Assembly: GCF_006345805.1 (NCBI RefSeq)
Contig: NW_021827299.1
Span: 1-10,916 of the forward strand
Direction of reading: 5' to 3'
Source of the DNA: Octopus sinensis
Taxonomy: Eukaryota
Length of the DNA: 10,916 bases
Part shown: one piece after another, positions 1-8,730 of the stretch
Position numbering within the stretch: position 1 is the stretch's first letter
How the letters are laid out: each line of letters begins with the position of its first letter
The notes under the pieces: model-generated
Database searches by the model: none
Told to the model about the DNA's origin: nothing
Seen by the model: only the letters and a program-made list of their open reading frames with translations
Position numbers and translations under genes: made by a program

Positions 1-960
1 ACAGACACAGACATAGATACACACACACAGACACAGACACACTCACACAAGCACACACATACACACACACACACACGCGCGGACACACGCAGACACATGC
101 TGACACACACACGCCTACACACACGCCCCCACTGACGCCCACATTGACGCCCATACTAACCCTACACATAGACGCACAAACATATACCCTAACACACGAA
201 CATACACGCTCATATATATATATATATACGCCAACACTAAGACCACACATACACACAGACGGACATAGTCTAGAACATAAGCACATATAAACATGTACAG
301 AATCAGACATGTGTGAGTGTGCGTGGGTGTAGATAAAGGTGAAGATTAATGAATGCGATTATCTTAATCCGCTCTACGCTTGTAGACAGTCTGGATTTTA
401 ATTCCTCGATCAATAGCTTCATGTTCTCTCCACTCTCCCTCGCACGAACACTCATACACACACAGTTACACACATACACACAGACAGACACACACACACA
501 ACACACACACATACACACAGCCACACACACATACACACAGACACACACACACACACACACGCACAACAGACGCACAGATTCTCTCTCTCTCTCACACACA
601 GGGATTCACAAACTCACTCACACACACGTACATACACACACGCAAACACACAAACACACAAACATGTTAACCAAACATAAGAGATAACCGACATACACAG
701 GCACATACATGCTTACACACACACACACAGAGGCACGGACACCTAACACACACACGCACACACACACAGACAGAGGCACGCACATCTAACACACACACAC
801 ACACACACACATAGAGGTTCACACACAGATGCTCACACACAGAGGCTCACAAATATAGATACAGACACACACGCACAAACATGTTAGTCTAATACACGCG
901 ACGGCTGACATGCACATGCAGAAATACACACACGCTCATACATTTTCTACAAATATAATT
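1..960. repeat. Degenerate (CA)n-rich simple-sequence region with (TA)n, (CT)n and CAGA variants
   Basis: CA runs are visible throughout, with (TA)n at about 212-228 and (CT)n at about 580-593. A non-repetitive island interrupts it at about 310-445. Confidence 0.95.
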
Positions 961-974
961 TAATCATCAACTAT

Positions 975-1652
975 CAACAAGCACATATACTCACATACAT
1001 ACTTACATGCATACATGCATGCATACATACATACATGCATATACACATACATACATACAAACATGCATACATACATTCATGCATACATGCATACATACAT
1101 ACATACATGCATACATACAAGCATACATGCATGCATACATGCATACATACATGCATACATGCATGCATACATACATACATACATGCATGCATACATACAT
1201 ACACACACACACACATACATACATACATACATACATGCATGCATACATACATACACACACACACACATACATACATACATGCATACATACATGCATACAT
1301 ACATTCATGCATACATGCATACATACATACATACATACATGCATGCATACATACATACACACACACACACATACATACATACATACATGCATACATACAT
1401 GCATACATACATGCATACATACATTCATGCATACATGCATACATACATACATACATGCATACATACATGCATACATGCATACATACATACATACATACAT
1501 GCATGCATACATACATACACACACACACACATACATACATACATACATGCATACATACATGCATACATGCATGCATACATACATACATGCATATACACAT
1601 ACATACATACATACATGCATACATACATGCATGCATGCATACATACATACAT

Positions 1653-1698
<46 letters not shown>
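975..1698. repeat. Compound (CATA)n/(CATG)n/(CA)n microsatellite array
   Basis: About 720 bp of CATA/CATG tetramers with short CA runs, ending in a pure (CA)n tract. It generates the MYVC/HTYI pseudo-ORFs in all six frames. Confidence 0.97.
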
Positions 1699-1701
<3 letters not shown>

Positions 1702-1773
1702 ACCATATCCACATAACCGCATATACATTTAAGCAGAAAGACACAAGTACTTTGGCGCATGCATAACCCCAAA

Positions 1774-2037
1774 TTCAAACTCATATATATTTCTTTATTA
1801 CCCACAAGGGGCTAAACATAGAGGGGACAAACAAGGACAGACAAATGGATTAAGTCGATTACATCGACCCCAGTGCGTAAGTGGTACTTTATTTATCGAC
1901 TCCGAAAGGAATAAAAGCAAAGTCGACCTCGGCGGAATTTGAACTCAGAACGTAACGGCGGACGAAATATCGCTACGCATTTCGCCCAGCGTGCTCACGT
2001 TTCTGCCAGCTCACCGCCTTCAAACTCATATATATTT
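1774..2037. repeat. Target-site duplication TTCAAACTCATATATATTT at 1774-1792 and 2019-2037
   Basis: An identical 19-mer flanks the SINE on both sides. One to three terminal bases may be shared with the element ends. Confidence 0.93.
1793..2018 (-). mobile_element. Full-length tRNA-derived SINE (octopus-type family)
   Basis: The minus strand begins GGCGGTGAGCTGGCAGAAACG (A-box-like), has the B box GAGTTCAAATTCC at 1946-1934, and ends in an A-rich AATAAAGAAA. It is flanked by a perfect 19-bp direct repeat. Homologous copies lie at 4597-4780 and 7824-7910. Confidence 0.92.
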
Positions 2038-2264
2038 ACAAACATATGCGTGTATGCATAAGCATACACGTATGTTCGTGCGCGGATATACACGCACATT
2101 CTCGTACCCATCGACAGCCACTCTCAAAATACATGTTGAAACATACGCCCTTACGGTTATACACATATACATCTAAGCACACGCACATACAAACATACAT
2201 GTATGTGTGTTCATGTAATACGTGCACTAGTGTGGTTGTGTGTTGTTTGCACATGCATGGGTAT

Positions 2265-3975
2265 GATTTTGCTTTGGGTATATTAAAACACACAAGTTGT
2301 GTGACATCCATACCTTACTAAAAGTTTGTAAGGCCACATCACCAGATAATATGGTGTTAAATATCTGGTATTGATTATATAAGAGAATAGCGTTATTCTA
2401 TTGACAAGTGATTGTGTAGAATATGTCTCTCATATATATTTTGGCAGTGATTCCATGGAGAGTTGTGTGAATTGTGTCATTTTATTGAGTGGCTGTTGTA
2501 TAGGATGGATGTTGTATGCAGGAGGGTACTGGAATGGGTTTTGTGTTTGCATTCATAATGTTTTTATCATATTTAATATTCCAGTTGTTATTGACACTGT
2601 TTTCAATGCTATGCCTCATGTCCTACTTACTTCGGTTTCAAAATCTTTTCATTTTGGCAATTGGTAAGTGTCTACTTTCTTCCGGGTAATGTTTGGTTAG
2701 AAAGATTCGCGTTATCCTATAAGAATATAGGCATGTTTTTGTTTCAATACTTGGTAATTATACCTGCACGAATCGCTAATGTCTCCTAATTACTCTGGAC
2801 AGGTGTGTCCAAGACGAGTGCAACCAGTGTGTTGATATGTATCGTTTTTAACGTAGTACATACTTATGCAATTTCTTATCCGATTTCATGTCGACGTGTG
2901 TCACTTTTATTGCCCAGTGGACAGAACTGCCACATCGATCGTTTTGTAAATATATTTGGATTCGCTAGAACTGAGCAGTCGGATATGATGTGGTCGACTG
3001 TCACGTGATACTTGTTGCACTGTCTGTACATGATAGTAACATATTTTTATTATTTTAGTTTGCTAATTATTTGTGGCTAGTTATTTGTCCCGTGCCTTTT
3101 CTTTCTACTTTAAACCTTCATTTAGAATTTTCTAATTAGATTATCTTTCTACTTTTAGCTCAGAACTTTTTAGTCGTATTGTCTTTCTGTCTTACCCCAT
3201 TACTGTTGAATCTTGCAGGCTGTTGTACACAAAATGCTTTTTCTCTCCATTTATTTCTTTCGGAATTTACTTTTAATGTTTGTTTTCTAGTTTGCATTTT
3301 ATTACTTATCTCATAGAGAATTTTTTTTCCTTATCGTGCTAACCGGTTTTCCTCGCATGGCTTCTAAGTATTTTTATAGTCCTACTGCTGTTATTTTGTA
3401 GCAGTTTACAGTTTTTATCAGATGATGATTCTCTTGCAAGACTGGGTAAGTATATCCGAATTGTATCAGATTTGAGTGTTGGATTCAGAACGTTGTTAGT
3501 AGCCTCTTGTTTTCTGAATTCTCCAAATCATTTCACATCCAGTTTATTTTATTCAAGAAGTAGTGCATAATTGGGATGATTGGTCTTTGTATACCTATTA
3601 TTTTCAGCAGTGAAGAGCTTTTTTTCCAATTTTTCCTTCATTTCGATGGATTGCATATTATCAATTTCATCTATTACTGAATAATTATGTAGGTAGTTCT
3701 GTTCAAAGTCTTTGATTTTAGTACCTGAATTTAATTTAATGTTCTCAGCTTAGTTAATTTGCCTTTTGGCATATTTGTGCAATACGATTATCATTTCTAT
3801 GTCTTGGCTGAATTCATAAACAAGCTTCTTATTATCTTTTTTAAATATTATAAAGCCCATTTATGTAGAGATATTTTTTTATTTGTCCCGTTGCAGTTAT
3901 AACCATTCGTACATTCATTCAGTAGAATTTAGAATAGAGTGAGAGCTAGGTAGACTAGTACAGAGGAAATGAGTC
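2265..3975 (-). mobile_element. Highly decayed, 5'-incomplete R4/Dong-clade (RLE-type) non-LTR retrotransposon: end of RT, CCHC knuckle, restriction-like endonuclease and 3' UTR
   Basis: Manual minus-strand translation gives motifs in the expected order. LVYLALTLF*ILLNECTNGY at about 3959-3900 resembles LFCLALNPLSxLLN..GY. LYINGL at 3870-3853 resembles a decayed LYMDDL. VYEFSQDIEMIIVLHKYAK at about 3821-3765 resembles VxxFSxDIGMxFGLDKCAK. RLKSSELKVE resembles WLxxxxLKxETE. YRQCNKYHVTVDHIISDCSVLA at 3028-2963 resembles the CCHC knuckle. KDFETEVSRT*GIALKTVSITTGILNMIK at 2648-2562 resembles KDLxxEVxRMW..VPVIxGALGxI. There are many stops and frameshifts, and the 3' boundary is approximate. Confidence 0.82.
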
Positions 3976-3980
3976 ATCTA

Positions 3981-4255
3981 TGCATCTATGAATAACCTCC
4001 ACTCATTTGGTTCAGCTCAAGGGCACTGAATTGGTCTCCGATATCATTACAATAAGTCAAGTTGTTTACCAAAGTGAAGAATTACTGTAGATCTGCAGAA
4101 CGCTTCCTAAATATTGTAATTCGAGCATCTTTATCCAACAGATTCCATTGTGGCAGACGTGAGGCCAGGACCTCCTTCTGTTGCTTAGTAAGAGCTAGAT
4201 CACGAACTAGATCATTGAGTTCAAGCTGGGTGAAGAGGGGCGGTTTCTTGTCAGA
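3981..4255 (-). mobile_element. Chapaev3-type (CMC superfamily) DNA transposase fragment, pseudogenised (copy A)
   Basis: The minus strand reads PLFTQLELNDLVRDLALTKQQKEVLASRLPQWNLLDKDARITIFRKRSADLQ*FFTLVNNLTYCNDIGD, then after a frameshift EPNEWRLFIDA. This matches the family motifs ELNDLVRDLxL..LASRL and EWRLFIDSS. It is not in the ORF track and may extend weakly to about 4490. Confidence 0.85.
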
Positions 4256-4596
4256 TTTACCACGGGTTTGGGCACATATAACTATATAAATATTGAGTGT
4301 GCTTTTATAATGTTCATAGGTTAGGTTGAAAAATACTTTAGGAACACGCCATTAAAATTATATCAAGATCCGTTCATAACTTTCAGAGTTGTCAGTTTCG
4401 GTCCAATCCTGTCTGCATTCAATTCCTACGGAACCATCACTGTATTTAACGTAAGAAAGATGGTAATTTACGAGAAACTGGAGGGTCAAAGAAACAAAAC
4501 AGTTATTATATTAGTGATTTACACATAAAATACCCTTAGAGAAGGTTATCTCATTTCCGTTTTTTTTTTTCCATTATTTTAGTGTTATTATATGAA

Positions 4597-4780
4597 AGTG
4601 GTCATCTGGCAGAACCGTTAGCACACCAGACAAAATGATTAGCAGATTTCACCTGTCTTTATGTTCTGAGTTCCGCCGACGTCGACTTTGCCTTTCATCC
4701 TTTCGGGGTCGATAAATTAAGTACCAGTGAAACACTGGAGTCAATGTAATCGACTATTCCCCTCCCGCCAAAGTTTCAGC
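4597..4780 (+). mobile_element. Older copy of the same tRNA-derived SINE family, with a damaged B box
   Basis: CTGGCAGAACCGTTAGCAC...GTCGACTTTGCCTTTCATCCTTTCGGGGTCGATAAATTAAGTACCAG...CACTGGAGTCAATGTAATCGACT aligns by eye with the reverse complement of 1793-2018. Confidence 0.9.
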
Positions 4781-4824
<44 letters not shown>

Positions 4825-4849
4825 TGTTGTTGTTGTTGTTGTTGTTGTT
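4781..4849. repeat. (TTA)n then (TTG)n trinucleotide microsatellite at the SINE 3' end
   Basis: About 14 TTA units are followed directly by about 8 TTG units. Confidence 0.95.
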
Positions 4850-5209
4850 CTATGTTTACTCACAGAAGGGTTTGGGATTGTTTGAGAGTGTCCCAGATTG
4901 CCTAGAAGAGAACAGTTAGTCTTTGCACAATCTTAACTGTGTACATATTTTGGGAAAATTACCATTTGCAATATTTATATGTATTATAAGATAGACGCCG
5001 CAGAGATAACCATAAGAGATGCTCATCATAGTGGAGGCAGCAGTAGTAACCCTAACGTAAGCAAACAAATCCCTCAAATTATTTTCCAACGAAAAGACAG
5101 ATAATGGAAAACTTCAAACCAACAGACAGATCTTCAGCTTAAATACAGTTGTACACTTACATGGAAGATAGATAGAACAGTATTGGAAAGATATAGGAAT
5201 GGAAAATAA

Positions 5210-5495
5210 ATGTTGCAAACAGCAATACAACAACCCCGTTATCATTTCCAGCAAAGACTACAACATTCCATCTTTTGCAAATCTTATGATTCGATGAGTG
5301 TGACGTGGTTTGAGGCAGCTCAAGGAAAAATAGAAGAAATTGACGATGAGCGGTAACAACAACGGTTTTAACAAGACAAGCATTACCTATACCAGCAGTT
5401 ACAACAGTAACCACAACAGAGATAGTAGCAGCAACTATGACAACGACAGCAGCAGGCACAGCAACAAGTATAACGATGACGACGTCGACGACGAA
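5210..5495 (+). repeat. Low-complexity ACA/GCA/ACG trinucleotide-rich region
   Basis: Degenerate AAC/AGC/GAC triplets, densest at 5340-5495. This is the source of the VVV- and NNN/DDD-rich ORFs. Confidence 0.7.
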
Positions 5496-5679
5496 GTAAG
5501 CGGTAGAGCGACTCTAGGAGACGGCAATCTTTTGCTGGAGTGACGGCGAATCCAACACAATACTTCTCGCTCTCCCTGATTGACAAGGAGTCACAGCTGA
5601 GCCAGGCGAAACAGCTTATGAAAGTGAATAAAAAAAGAGCACAAGTTACCATTCTAGCCGTGGTTGTGGCTGCAACTGC

Positions 5680-6150
5680 CCGAAAGTCAGTGGTGTATTG
5701 ATGTGTGTCAGGTAAAGCCTGACGCCTAGAACCAGCTATACATACAGAGTTGAAAAGAATTCTCAAAGGAATATGCTACGACATAGATCAGGTGACCAGA
5801 GCAAAGCATTTCAAGAACGGGAGATCTTCTTCAAGAGCCAATCTTTCGCAGTGAACGGTCTGTGGCGTTAAGATTGAGTTCCAACCTGGGTTAGATATCT
5901 GGTGGCTGATGGCATGTATTATTTTGGAAGACAGTGATACCCTTGAAGCAAAATGAACGGAAAGGGAGTTTTAGTTTGGTACCATAGTGGAGATACTCTC
6001 CTGGATCAAACCAGATGTGGAAAAGATTTCAAATATTATCCACCTGTCCAATGGAGTGGAACTACGTGTTGTTATGGAGATCCACTTTAGAGTTCTCTGT
6101 TCTGAACAAAAAAAAAACCCAAAAAAGAGTAGGTTCTCTTTATTGCCGAT
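5680..6150 (+). pseudogene. Probable decayed non-LTR retrotransposon ORF1/gag-like remnant
   Basis: Broken frames read RKSVVY*..IHTELKRILKGICYDIDQVTRAKHFKNG, EIFFKSQSFA, VKIEFQPGLDIWWLMACIIL and NIIHLSNGVELRVVME. These resemble the RRM-plus-pre-knuckle segment (LxVVVEGRxPxC) of L1/Tx1-like ORF1s. The cysteines are largely lost, so recognition is tentative. Confidence 0.35.
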
Positions 6151-6339
6151 ATCACAGTCCAAATAACAACAGCTCTCCTACCCAGTAAAATCCATCTCAA
6201 CGGGTTCTCTAATCCAGAATTTGGTTCACCGGAGAGAAGTGTTCGGTTTCTAGTAAACATTTAGGCTTCACACCACTACCTTCATCACATGGCAATATCT
6301 GAGTGTCTTGGTGGAATTTCATAGTCTTTTTGATTTGTT

Positions 6340-6720
6340 GCAGTTGGTGTTTGGGGATGACTTTCAGTTGCTGTTGTTTTTATTCATGTGATGACTCTTA
6401 AGGACGACAGTTCTTTTGTTGCTCTTGCTGCTGTTGATTCCACTCTTGGTGTGTTGTAGTTGTTGTGACTGTAGATGCTTCCCGTTTTGTAGCTGATGCT
6501 ACAAACACCGTTCTGAAGTTGCATGCTGTTGTTTGTGGCGTAGTGGCTGCTGCTGTAAGATATTAGTGGTAAAATTGCGGCATTGGCAGTAACGGAGGAC
6601 TTCTTTCAGCTGTTATTGTTTGTTGTTGTTGAGGAGAGAATGCTTTGAGATAGTGTTTTTATAAATGTAGCACCGAGGTCCTCTAGTCCTCTACTCTCCC
6701 TACCACCGGCAAATAATCCT
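6340..6720 (-). pseudogene. Second ORF1/gag-like remnant: decayed zinc knuckle followed by a Thr/Gln-rich low-complexity tail
   Basis: The minus strand at about 6715-6630 gives the fragments LPVV, RGPRCYI and HYLKAFSP, resembling VVVEGRxPxCYxCxxxGHxKAxCP. ACA/GCA-rich triplets follow to about 6340. Confidence 0.35.
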
Positions 6721-6828
6721 CTGCTTGTATCTCTGTTCGGTCGGTGAATCAAAAATTTCCAACCACATCCTAAACCAATTTTTCTTTCAGAATGTTTTTT
6801 TTTTCTAGCAGTGTAGAAAGGTTTTCAT

Positions 6829-7657
6829 GACGTAAAAGTTCCATATTCTCATATGATTCATGAAGATGAACAGAGTGTGCAATAGGAATGGAGGGCTTCA
6901 AATTACCATTATGGAGAGGTACAGCTTTTAAACTTCGTTTTGAAGAGTCAATAAACAAATCCTCTCTGCAGGATCATGATTTTGTGATAAACATTCAAAA
7001 AGTTCATCGATGTTACTGCAAAAGCAAAGCGGGTCTTCAACAGAAAAACACGTTTGTAGAACCACATTTCTCTGCCGAAAATAGGTTATACGAACAACGT
7101 GCTTTCTCCTTCAGTCTTGATGCCAACAGTTCTGCTTTATCTTTTGAGAGGATAGGTCTCTGAGAAGGTCATTCAGTTCAGCTTGGGAAAATTTCTGAGG
7201 TTCAAAGCTATCGTCATCAGCCACATAATCTTCCTCAGCAGGACTATCGTCACAGTCAGCATCAGCATTTTATGTTTCAATACCATCATCTGGTGGAACT
7301 GGAATTGGCAGGCTTCCATTGTGAGGCACAGGTCTCATTGCAGAATCCAAATTGGGATACACAATTTTGCGTTTGTTCTTCATACAAAATCTTGTGACAT
7401 TTACTTTGCAAAAATAACAGTCATTAAAATGGTCTTTCGGCTCCGTCCTTATCATTGGAATGACAAAATGGCATTGGAATGGCAAAAAGCCTAACCCTAA
7501 CTTCTTATTGAACCAGTCACGTAAGCCATTTGAGCAAGCTGAGCAGATAAAATGTAGTGCCCGTAACTTGTCCTGATCTTCAAGAGGACATTCAAAGTAT
7601 AGCTTATAAATCTTCTTGATCTCTAGCGTTATTGTATACTTTTGAGCTTTCACAATA
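6829..7657 (-). mobile_element. Chapaev3-type (CMC) DNA transposase fragment, pseudogenised (copy B): N-terminal Cys/His finger through the start of the catalytic domain
   Basis: ORF 7270-7653 contains YKLYFECPLEDQDKLRALHFICSAC..IPMIRTEPKDHFNDCYFC..YPNLDSAMRPVPH..LPIPVPP, matching the family pattern YFG..GDQDKxWAPH..WREPxxHxxDCYFC. QAELNDLLRDLS and KDKAELLASRLKEK lie at about 7185-7103. ORF 6770-6958 contains FIDSSKRSLKAVPLHNGNLKPSIPIAHSVHLHESYENMELL. The fragment is frameshifted, truncated at both ends, and no TIRs are seen. Confidence 0.88.
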
Positions 7658-7820
7658 AATCGACGTTGCCTGAATAGGTGTATGGTGTATCATTTGTCAG
7701 GTGTCGAGGTTATCGCAGAGCAACGTGAGATGAAGAACACAACGCACCACCCAGTCTAGGAATTGAAACTCGATCTTGCCATTGTGAGTGCAACACCATA
7801 ACCACTTGTCCATACATCCT
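7658..7820 (-). mobile_element. 5' part of a second tRNA-derived SINE family
   Basis: The minus strand reads AGGATGTATGGACAAGTGGTTATGGTGTTGCACTCACAATGGCAAGATCGAGTTTCAATTCCTAGAC, a tRNA-like head with a degenerate A box (TGGACAAGTGG) and B box (GTTTCAATTCC). GTGCGTTGTGTTCTT..CACGTTGCTCTG follows. The downstream boundary is approximate. Confidence 0.7.
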
Positions 7821-7823
7821 TGC

Positions 7824-7910
7824 AATAATAATAATCCTTTCTACTATAAACACAAGGGTTGAAACTCAGTGGGAGGGATAAAGTCGATTACATCGACCCC
7901 AGTGCTACAC
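7824..7910 (-). mobile_element. 3' fragment of the first SINE family with an (ATT)n tail
   Basis: AAGTCGATTACATCGACCCCAGTGC at 7881-7905 is identical to 1852-1876. The (AAT)n at 7824-7835 is the tail. Confidence 0.85.
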
Positions 7911-8015
7911 TGGGTCGGAGTAGACTTGGAAAAAATAGTGACTTCGAGATGGTTCCACATTCCCGAAACAGGGCTTCATTACTGAATGCAGTTTTAAAGT
8001 CATAGCTAGGGCACA
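7905..8015 (+). mobile_element. Possible fragment of another interspersed cephalopod repeat
   Basis: GGGTCGGAGTAGACTTGG..TTCCACATTCCC..ATGCAGTTTTAAAGTCATA..AGGGCAC resembles a repeat I recall from cephalopod DNA. It has no second copy in this window. Confidence 0.3.
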
Positions 8016-8623
8016 TCTTTTTATTAGACCAATAAAATGATCAACAAAATAATAAAGTAAATATTTGAAGTTAGTGATTGTATTCCAGTGACTGAGTGTC
8101 GGAGGTCATGCCTTTTAGTATTTCAATACGTCCCTTTCCTTCAGACTCCACATTCACTTAATGTTGAGTTTTGTATTTTACCATTCTGTGTTCGATAAAA
8201 TACGTAGTAGTGCCATCGGATCTACATGTGTTGGACTGGGTCAAGGTCAAATTATCACTATTTTACCATCACACGTTATGCCTCAACATTCACACGTGTA
8301 CACACGCGAACACCTTCCCACAGCGCATGCACAAAAACACAGATTTTCCCGCACTTGTGTTGAATGTGTGAAGTGTGCGTGTGTAATATTTGTGTGTTTA
8401 GGATAAATCGTATGATTTCTTACAAGTAAAGGTTTCGTGCGGTTTACATTAACTCGACATCTGTCAGACTGAAGCAATTCCAAACTCACCAACAAGTACA
8501 GCTGATGTCAGTCGAAGGAAACGTTTAGATATGAGGAAATAAACCAGTTTCCCAACGCATACGCACGTACACATATTCACTAACTCATGAAGACATACAC
8601 ACGAGCATATTTCCCATTTCATT

Positions 8624-8648
8624 ATGTGTGTGTGTGTGTGTGTGTGTG
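8624..8648. repeat. (TG)n microsatellite
   Basis: About 12 TG units. Confidence 0.95.
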
Positions 8649-8655
8649 TTTTGTG

Positions 8656-8730
8656 CAGGGATGGTCATAAGTCACTTTACTCGTTTCTAATAATAAGAGA
8701 AATAGATAAAGCGACTTATGGCCATCCTTG
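8656..8730. mobile_element. 75-bp palindromic mini-MITE with Tc1/mariner-like terminal inverted repeats
   Basis: The left arm 8656-8679 CAGGGATGGTCATAAGTCACTTTA matches the reverse complement of the right arm 8707-8730 (CAAGGATGGCCATAAGTCGCTTTA) at 21 of 24 positions. It is flanked by TG on the left and TA on the right. Confidence 0.7.

Noticed and set aside
975-1698. CRISPR-like or coded repeat-spacer array
   Set aside because: There are no unique spacers and no cas genes. The context is eukaryotic and slippage plus block duplication explains the pattern.
303-1805. Long His/Thr- or Cys/Val/Met-rich ORFs of up to 256 aa
   Set aside because: They are translations of stop-free CA/CATA/CATG microsatellites, open in all six frames, and are not genes.
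1934-2018. tRNA gene (also considered for 7755-7820)
   Set aside because: A and B boxes are present but there is no convincing cloverleaf. The sequence continues into SINE body with dispersed copies.
2401-3008. Plus-strand ORFs 2401-2667 and 2805-3008
   Set aside because: They are antisense shadows of the decayed R4-like element.
4062-4289. Plus-strand ORF (also 6888-7163 and 7183-7494)
   Set aside because: They are antisense to Chapaev3 transposase fragments.
5157-5766. Val-rich, Asn/Asp-rich and Cys-rich ORFs as peptide genes
   Set aside because: They come from overlapping frames of a degenerate trinucleotide tract, with no supported exon structure.
6770-7653. Domesticated or active transposase gene
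   Set aside because: It has frameshifts and a stop, conserved Trp residues are replaced (WAPH to RALH, WREP to RTEP), and it is truncated early in the catalytic domain.
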